Positions 18,950 to 26,474 of a DNA stretch of 26,474 nucleotides are shown piece after piece. Numbering within the stretch: the first letter of the stretch is position 1; each line of letters begins with the position of its first letter. The notes beneath the pieces were generated by a model, which did no database searches, was not told the DNA's origin, and saw only the letters and a program-made list of their open reading frames with translations. The DNA is taken from assembly GCF_004010195.1 (NCBI RefSeq), contig NC_057752.1, positions 15,643,031 through 15,669,504 of the forward strand, read 5' to 3'. Position numbers and translations under genes: made by a program. The DNA is from Chiloscyllium plagiosum. Lineage: Eukaryota.

Positions 18950-19562
18950 CATGTGAAGAGAGGTCAGCTAGCAGAATGTGCAGCTTGTCACGTGGGGAGT
19001 CCTGGACATTGTCAGTGACCAAGATGACCACATGTGCAGGAGGTGTTCCCAGTGCAGAAACTGGAGCTCTGGGTCTCGGAACTTGAGCAACAGTTGGAGA
19101 CACTGTGGCACAACCACAAGGCTGAGAGTGACATGGATAGCACGTTTAGAGAGGTGGTCACACTGCAGCTCAAGGGGCTAGAGGGAAGATGGGAATGAGC
19201 TGAAAATGTGTTGCTGGAAAAGCGCAGCAGGTCAGCTGAAAACGTGTTGCTGGAAAAGCGCAGCAGGTCAGGAAGAAGGGAATGGGTGACCACCATACAG
19301 TCCAGGATTCACAGGCAGGTAGTGCAGGAGTCCCCTGGGGTCCAACTCGCTAACTGGTATTCCATTTTGGAAGCTGATGTGGGTGCTGTGAATTCAGAGG
19401 AATGCAGTCAGAGTCAAGCGACTGGCACCACAAGCGGCTTGACTGTACAGGGGGAGGAATAAAGGAAGAGGATTAGTGGTAGGGGATTCTTTAGTCAGGG
19501 GCCAGACATCTGCACCCAAAGATGTGACTCTAGGATGGTGTGTTCCCTTCCTAATGCCAGGG
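18950..19562 (+). mobile_element. CR1 LINE ORF1 5' fragment (second family)
   Basis: ECAAC...DDHMCRRC (Zn finger), LELWVSELEQQLETLW (coiled coil), FREVVT, EWVT, VQESPGVQLANWYSIL, VVGDSLVRG (SGNH start). Confidence 0.7.
19198..19270. repeat. Tandem 36-bp dimer inserted in CR1 ORF1, flanked by 14-bp direct repeats
   Basis: AGCTGAAAA(T/C)GTGTTGCTGGAAAAGCGCAGCAGGTC twice (19198-19233, 19234-19269). Flanks are GGAAGATGGGAATG (19184-19197) and GGAAGAAGGGAATG (19271-19284). Confidence 0.85.
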
Positions 19563-19569
19563 TTAGGGA

Positions 19570-19726
19570 TTAGATTAGATTACATACAGTGTGGAAACAG
19601 GCCCTTCGGCCCAACAAGTCCACACCGCCCCGCCGAAGCGCAACCCACCCATACCTCTACATTTACCCCTTACCTAACACTACGGGCAATTTAGCATGGC
19701 CAATTCACCTGACCTGCACATCTTTG
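19570..19726 (-). mobile_element. HE1-like SINE, 3' half
   Basis: (TTAGA)n tail and ACAGTGTGGAAACAGGCCCTTCGGCCCAACAAGTCCACACC...GCAATTTAGCATGGCCAATTCACCTGACCTGCACATCTTTG, matching 340-520. Confidence 0.8.
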
Positions 19727-19809
19727 TGTGAAATCAAATCAAATCCCCATGGCCCATCCATATCATTCTCACTTGGGGCAGGGAAAACAATGGTTTGAAT
19801 GAATCATGA

Positions 19810-22420
19810 GACCATTAGACAGAGTAGTGGAAGTAAGGCCATTCGGCCCATCGATACCACTCCGTCATTCATTCATGGTTGGTGTGCATTCAACTCCACT
19901 TACCCGCACTCTCCCCGTAGCCCTTAATTCCTTGTGAGATCAAGAATTTATCAATCTCTGCCTTGAAGACATTTAACATTCCGGCCTCCACTGCACTCTG
20001 TGGCAATGCATTCTACAGGCCCACCACACTCTGGCTGAAGAAATGTCTCCTCATTTCTGCTCTAAACTGACCCCCTCTAATTCTAATGCTGTGACCACAG
20101 GTCCTAGTATCCCCGCCTAACGGAAACAAATTCTCAGCGTCCACCCTTTCTAAGCCATGCATTATCTTGAAAATTTCTGTTAGATTTCCCCGCAACCTTC
20201 TAAACTCTAATGAATACAATCCCAGCATTAGCCGTTCATTGTATTGCAAGTGGGCATCAGAGCCGCCCCGCATTTGCCACGGGTCGATGCCTACATCGGT
20301 AAAACTATAGGAATTCATTTTGTGTTTTAAACGGCAGCCGCAGCTTAAACCCACAGAACTCAGCAGCTGCCGGTCCGCCACGTGACCGGGAGATGGGAGC
20401 CAGAGGACAGATCAAATCGACACTAGGCCAAACACTAACCATGACTCATAGACCGAAACTCCGGAGCTAATTAATATGGAAACCCATCTCCTCATCAAAT
20501 CAAGAGACTGACTGAAACACACCCATGTTCATCAATACAAAACCATCCTGACACAAAGGACAGGCATCCACCAGACTAATACACACCAGCACCCCAAGGG
20601 AACAAAGGGGGAGGGGGTGCTAGCCTCCAGCCCACACAGAGAGAGACAAGCAGATAGTACCCGGACCCGTTTACATAATCCAATTAGCACCCTATTGTGT
20701 GTACACTGCAACTCTCCTGGGACGGCAGGAAACCCACCATTTGCACCTACTCCAGCGATGATGGGGAACTATCATCCCATTCATACTCAAAATCCTCACA
20801 TCCTGACAAAGAAAGGTATATAATGTGTAGCAGCGCGCGGGAACAGCAGAACAGCCGAGATTCGGACCTCGGTTGGTCTCCGCCGGCGTTACTGTATCAA
20901 TAAACGTTACCGATTGTTGAACCGCACTCTGGGCTCGGACTGATATCATTTCATCCGCGCTAACAGTATGTTAGACCTCCCATTCCAGGGATCATCCTTG
21001 TGAATCTCTGCTAGACATGCTCTGGTGCCAGTATGTCTTTCCTGAGGTGTGGGGCCCAAAATTGGACACAGTATTCTAAATGGGGCCTAACTGGAGTTTT
21101 ATAAAGTCTCAAAAGCCCATTGCTTTTACATTTCAACTCTCTTGAGATAAATGACAACATTACATTTGCTTTTTTAACCATGGACTTAACCTGCAAGTCG
21201 ACCTTCAGAGAATCGTGGACTGGAGCTCCCAGATCTCTTCGTACTTTGGCTTTATGAATGTTCTCACCATTTAGAAAATATTCCATGCCTGTATTCTTTT
21301 TTTCAAAGTGCAAGAGCTCACATGTGCCCACATTGAATTTCATCAGCCATTTCCTGGACAATTCTCCTAAACTGTCCAAATCTTTCTTCAGCCTCACCAC
21401 ATCCTCAGAACTGCCTGCTTGCCCACTTAACTTCATATCATTGGAAAACTTCACCAGAATGCCTCCAGTCCCTTCATCCAGATCATTAATCTATAAAGTG
21501 AACAGCTGCAGCCCCCACTTGTCACCAGCTGCCATTCTGAAAAAGAACCTTTTATCCCAACTCTCTGCCTTCTGTCAGACAGCGAATCCCCAATCCATGC
21601 CAGCAGCTCACCTCGAACACCATGGGCAGCCTCCTGTGAGGCACCTTATCAAAGGTTTTTTGGAAGTGTAGACAGATAACATCCCTGGTCTAACCTCCTT
21701 GTTACCACTTCAAAGAATTCTAACAGGTTTGTCAGGCACGATCTCCCCTTACTAATTCTATATTGACTCGTTCTCCTCCGATCCTTCACATCCAAGAATT
21801 TAGAAATCTCAACTTTAAGAATGGATTCTAGAATTCTACCTACAACCGAGGTTAGGCTAATCGGCCTATAATTTTCCATCTTTTGCCTTAATCCTTTCTT
21901 GAACAAGGGGGTTACAACAGGAATTTTCCAAATATCTGGGACTTTCCCTGACTACAGTGATTTTTGGAAGATCACAACCAACGCCTCCACTATTTCCTCA
22001 GCCACCTCTCTCAGAACTCAAGGATGTAGCCCATCAGGGCCAGGAGATTTATCAATTTTTAGACCTTTTGACTTTTCTAGCACGTTCTCTTTTGTAGTGG
22101 CTACCATAATCAACTCTGCCCCCTGACTATCCTTAATTGTTGGGATATTATTCCTTTCTTCCACTGTGAAGACTGAATCAAAGTACTTACTAAGTTCTTT
22201 AGCTATTTCCTTATCTCCCAACATGAGCCTTCCTGCATCAATTTGGAGCGGTCCAATGTCTAGTTTTGCCTCTTGTTTGTTTCTTATATATTGAATGAAG
22301 CTGTTACTATCATGTTTACTATTACTGGCGAGTTTAACTTTATATTTGATCCTCTCCTTCCTTATACACTTTTTGTAGTTCCTCTGTTTGCTTTTGTAGT
22401 CTTCCCAATCTTCTGATTAT
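19810..22420 (-). mobile_element. CR1 LINE ORF2 (RT to 3' end), interrupted by a solo LTR
   Basis: [79 protein letters not shown]...RRHFFSQSVVGL. Confidence 0.9.
20245..20965 (+). mobile_element. Solo LTR (721 bp) with 4-bp target site duplication
   Basis: TG (20245) ... CA (20965); GTAT at 20241-20244 and 20966-20969; TATATAA at 20817-20823; AATAAA at 20899-20904. Host CR1 sequence is contiguous on either side. Confidence 0.85.
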
Positions 22421-22509
22421 CCCTTGTTTCTTTCAGAAAGTCCAAAACAAAAATATGAAAAGTCACAGTGGAACAGAAACTTACTGAATGACAATATCGT
22501 TTTCTAGGC

Positions 22510-23200
22510 TGATGATGCACTCCAGCCCCTGCAGTGCCCACCAGTCTCGAAAGGCCTCATCTATGCTGTCCAGGGACACCCAAGGGCAAATCTACCCGTG
22601 AAAGAGGGCAGACAGTTAGAAATTGCAAGCCTCTCATTGGCCTGTTGCCTGGCCATCTTGGCCAGGACCAGGAGCAGAGACATGAGAAGGCCTGTAAAGT
22701 TGTCTGCCCATCCCCACACCTGGTGTCAGTAGATCAGGAGGGTGGTACTGAAATGTAAACATTTTAACAGCAGTCCCTTCAAAAACCGAACAAGAAGCTG
22801 CAAGTGATCACACTGGACATACACATGGAAAACCGTCTCCTCCAGGTCACAGAACGTGTGTGTGGTCTGACACCTGGTGAACTCCCTCATCTGACAGTTG
22901 TTTGGGACCACTGCAGGCAGCATTCTCCACACCAGATCCCTGGAGTAAGAGGGGAGGACCCCTTTGTAGATGACCCTCCGATAGGAATGTCAGCTCACAG
23001 AGGGAAAAACGTCACACCAAGGCATGTCCGGGCAGTGGGCTGAGGCGTAAAAGTGGAAAATGTGCAGCATCAGCCCGTACAGATAACGCCTCAGTGCTGT
23101 TCGAAAGGACACCGGGAAGATTTCCCTCAGTCAGCTCAGATTGTGGAACACTGCTTCACGGGGGAGGGTACGGGCTGTGGGGCTGATATCGAGTTCCAGA
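22510..23200 (-). mobile_element. L1/Tx1-clade non-LTR retrotransposon, ORF2 C-terminal (zf-RVT-like) fragment
   Basis: WRMLPAVVPNN...TFCDLEETVFHVYVQCDHLQLL.RFLKGLLLK..HFSTTLLIY, followed by LLVLAKMARQQ. Resembles the Tx1-type CCHC C-terminal region; boundaries approximate. Confidence 0.7.
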
Positions 23201-23477
23201 TGGACAGGGATCAGAATACTGTCTCCGTTCTTGCTCCAGAGGACACTGTGTGACACTGATCGTTCCCCATTTATTCATGTTCATCCATCGGTCTTGATGC
23301 AGTAGTCTCTGGTGTGACTTAAATGTGCTGTTTAATGGCATCCTTTTATTAATGCTCTGAGTACACTTGTCGTCATCGTTAATACTAGACAGATTTGCTC
23401 CGACAGAAACTTTCTTTTCCTCCATCCTATCACTGTTATCCATTCCCCTTCACATGGTGTGGCATTACCATTTGTTT

Positions 23478-24355
23478 TATTGATGCTTATATTGAATAAT
23501 TCGCTTAAAAGGAAACATAATGTGTTTATGAACTTTTCTCTGAACTTGGACAGTGTTGCTACATAAATAAGTGTGTTTGTACAGCAGTTTATATCCCGGA
23601 GCATATTTGCGATATATCTGAAGACATATTCAGAATTATTGTCTAATAATGGATCTAAAGTATAAAAATATTTCAAAAGGTACCACATCCATAGAAGGAT
23701 GAAGCTACTGGATATTGCGAAGAGTAAAATGATAGACTTTCTTCTGCTCTCCATCTCTGGGTCACAATGATTCTGCCCCTTGCTCTGATCCCTCAGTCTC
23801 TTATGGGCCCGACTGGCCACTAAAATGTACCTGACTGTCAGAGTGTTGATCAACAGAATTAAAGCAAATGGGAGCATTGGAGTTAAGACCTTTTCAAACC
23901 TATTGAATACTACCCGTACGGGATCATTATAATATGCTTCAGTATTGGTGCAGAGCCACTCGACATTGTTAATGATTCATTTAGCTTCGTACCTGAAGTA
24001 GGTGGGAATGTTTTTGAAACAGAGTAGAATGCCTGTTGTTGCTAGAACCACTGCCGCAGTTTTCTTGGTGCAATATTTTGTTTTCAACTTCTGGCAACAA
24101 ATCGATCAAAGGTAAAAGTGACGGTGAACCAGACAGAACAATCAGTGGCAGCACGGCGCAGGGTATAGTGAACTCTGCAGACAGTCGTCACATCCAAGAA
24201 ATTCCCAGGGAAATAATAATCATTGATCCGATACAGTATGACCTCAAGGATAATGTACAGCAGATCCGCTGTCACCATGGTGACCAGGTAACACGTGGTG
24301 CATGGCGAGATTCCACATTTTCTGCTGAATAAAACCACAAGTGCCAGTAATTTCA
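23478..24355 (-). pseudogene. Class A GPCR, GPR139/GPR142-like, main coding exon, disabled
   Basis: Splice acceptor CCTTTCCCTTCACTCTCCCACAG| at 24356. Translation gives KCGISPCTTCYLVTMVTADLL, SVWFTVTFTFDRFV, KTKYCTKKTA, LPFALILLINTLTVRYILVASR, DPEMESRRKSIILLFAIS and NCCTNTLIYVAT. There is a frameshift at about 24100, an in-frame TGA at 23977-23979 and a probable further frameshift near 23518. Confidence 0.85.
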
Positions 24356-24838
24356 CTGTGGGAGAGTGAAGGGAAAGGAGATTAGAAATTACAGGAAAAT
24401 CATTCACAGTTCCTGAGGACAGACCATTGAACAAAACAAATCAGCAATGACTTCAACAAACTTCGAATGTGTACAGATCAGGGTAAAGATCAGGTTGAAC
24501 AGGTATCAGACAGAGGGATGGAAGCAGGTCAGTGCTTTAATATTCCAATGAGGAATTGTGTGTCTGAAGCTGGAGAAGTGCAACTTTGGAGTAGACCCTT
24601 TGCTCCACCGGCTGCAACGTGTTCGATTTCCTTTTCTGTTCCAAAGTGCATCACCTGCCAGGAAATACTCACTACCCCATTAGACTCACTCTCTGAGTTG
24701 AGTGTCTTTCCTTCACATGTCACATTTTGTGGTCTTACCTCTTGTAGATCAGCCTTAATCACCATTACTGTCACTCCTTCCACAGTGCCCCAGCACATTA
24801 ATGAGCCAATCCTTTTTTGGGAATTTGTAATTGACTGG

Positions 24839-25165
24839 AGCGGCAGGATGGCTCAGTGGTTAGCCCGACCACCTGACAGCGCCAGAGATCCGTATTCAAT
24901 CCTAGCCTTGGGTGACTGTCTGTATGGGGTTTGTGTGTGGTTCCTGGGTCTGCATGGGTTTCCTCCCACAGTCCAAAGACATGCAGGTTAGGTGAATTGA
25001 CCATGCTAAATTGTCCATAGTGTTCAGGCATGTGCAGGTTAGTTGAGCTGTTTGGGGTACATATTGGGTAGTGGAATGGGTCGAGGTGGGTTAATGAACT
25101 CTTCGGAGGTTCAATGTGGACGTGTTGGGCTGTAGGGCCTGTTTCCACATTGTAGGGACTCCTAA
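24839..25165 (+). mobile_element. HE1-like V-SINE (in the presumed GPCR intron)
   Basis: A box GATGGCTCAGTGGTTAGC, degenerate B box GTATTCAATCC, GGTTTCCTCCCACAGTCCAAAGACATGCAGG, and tail GGGCCTGTTTCCACATTGTAGGGA. Confidence 0.85.
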
Positions 25166-25872
25166 AGAGAAAAAAGATCAGGGTTTGTTTTTCACTTTTA
25201 TACATGTTTCAGAAATGAGCCAAGTGCTTATTTATATACACTGTACAAGAAATTGGGTAGATTTTCCTTTGTTCCTTCATATTTTTCAACTTCCAATTGA
25301 ACTATGTCTCTGTGACAAGACCCCAGTTGATGTAAGGGTGGATGGGGGAGGAGAGCAGTATAGATCTGTTCCCACTACTCCACATATCGGGAAGTGAAAT
25401 AAAACTGCACAATATTTCACCTTATCAATTTACATTTCACATAAAATGATCTGTCAAACAGGTTTCTTACCAAAAACAGTTGTTTGTTTCCCATCAGGAC
25501 AAAATATATTCCAGAGTATGGCAACATTGATTTACATGGAATTCTGGAAGGCAGGGGTGTAAATGATTGTAGCAAATAAAAATACGAAAAGACAATCTCT
25601 TCTGCTTTCTCTGTCCCCTAATTCTCCTTTCTCTCTCTGTCTCTGCATTCCCGAAAGGAGCAGAGAACAAAATAGGTTCTCGCGCAGACATGGAGAAATT
25701 CGAAAATAACAGGCACAGTTTGACAAACAGATTATTTCTGAACACAAAGTGAAAAGGAGTTGGATGTTGCACGACATTTGTTCTGTGTTTTTACGTGGGG
25801 TCCTGCTGCTCAACATGCATCTTTGCCGATGAAGGCTTGTACATACAGATTCTTCAGAAAATATAACGTTTT

Positions 25873-26474
25873 ACATAGAACATAGAAGAATACAGCGCAG
25901 TACAGGCCCTTCGGCCCTCGATGTTGCGCCGATCCAAGCCCACCTAACCTACACTAGCCCACTATCCTCCATATGCCTATCCAATGCCCGCTTAAATGCC
26001 CATAATGAGGGAGAGTCCACCACTGCTACTGGAAGGGCATTCCATGAATTCACGACTCGCTGAGTAAAGAACCTACCCCTAACATCTGTCCTACACCTAC
26101 ACCCCCCTTAATTTAAAGCTATGTCCCCATTTAATAGCTGACTCCATTCATGGAATAAGATTCTCACTGTCGAACCTATCTAAACCCCTAATCATCTTGT
26201 ACACCTCTATCAAGTCACCCTTAAACCTTCTTTTCTCCAATGAAAACAGCCCCAAGTGCCTCAGCCTTTCCTCATACGATCTTTCTACCATCCCAGGCAA
26301 CATCCTGGTAAACCTCCTCTGCACCCGTTCCAGTGCCTCCACATCCTTTCTATAGTATGGCGACCAAAACTGCACACAATACTCCAGATGCGGCCGCACC
26401 AGAGTCTTATACAACTGCAACATGATCTCAGGACTCCGGAACTCAATTCCTCTACCAATAAAAGCCAGTACGCC
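25873..26474 (-). mobile_element. Young CR1/HER1-like LINE 3' end (continues beyond window)
   Basis: ORF 26148-26423 [21 protein letters not shown]...; (CATAGAA)n tail at 25873; same subfamily as 18285-18899. Confidence 0.9.

Noticed and set aside
19198..19270. 36-bp direct repeats resembling a CRISPR repeat in length
   Set aside because: Only two units, no spacer, vertebrate context and no cas genes.
25466..25545. Candidate first exon of the GPCR (minus-strand donor G|GTAAG at 25471/25470)
   Set aside because: The phase-compatible frame has a stop right after the ATG and does not give a convincing TM1. The true exon 1 may be decayed or outside the window.

Overview
This is eukaryotic, repeat-dense DNA, almost certainly from a cartilaginous fish. 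The basis is HE1-type V-SINEs, CR1/HER1-type LINEs and a GPR139/142-like receptor of the kind expanded in sharks; the taxon is inferred from recalled repeat families, not from a search. There are two assembly gaps (6022-6521, 10376-10572) and I find no intact protein-coding gene. The window is a stack of nested mobile elements: a decayed Ty3/gypsy element with integrase upstream of RT (Gmr1-like), whose LTR carries a CR1 fragment and a TA-flanked MITE; many CR1 copies; SINEs; a Tx1-like fragment; a 721-bp solo LTR; and a GPR139/142-like GPCR pseudogene. The standout is a TG...CA-bounded insertion (8491-10776, 10-bp terminal inverted repeats, 4-bp GTCT duplication) that splits a CR1 ORF1. It consists almost entirely of a decayed envelope glycoprotein gene whose TM subunit aligns strikingly with filovirus (Ebola) GP2: LICGL..L.NETT, a Cys-bracketed internal fusion loop and both GP2 glycosylation sequons. 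It has CX6C rather than CX6CC, plus an extra candidate furin site.
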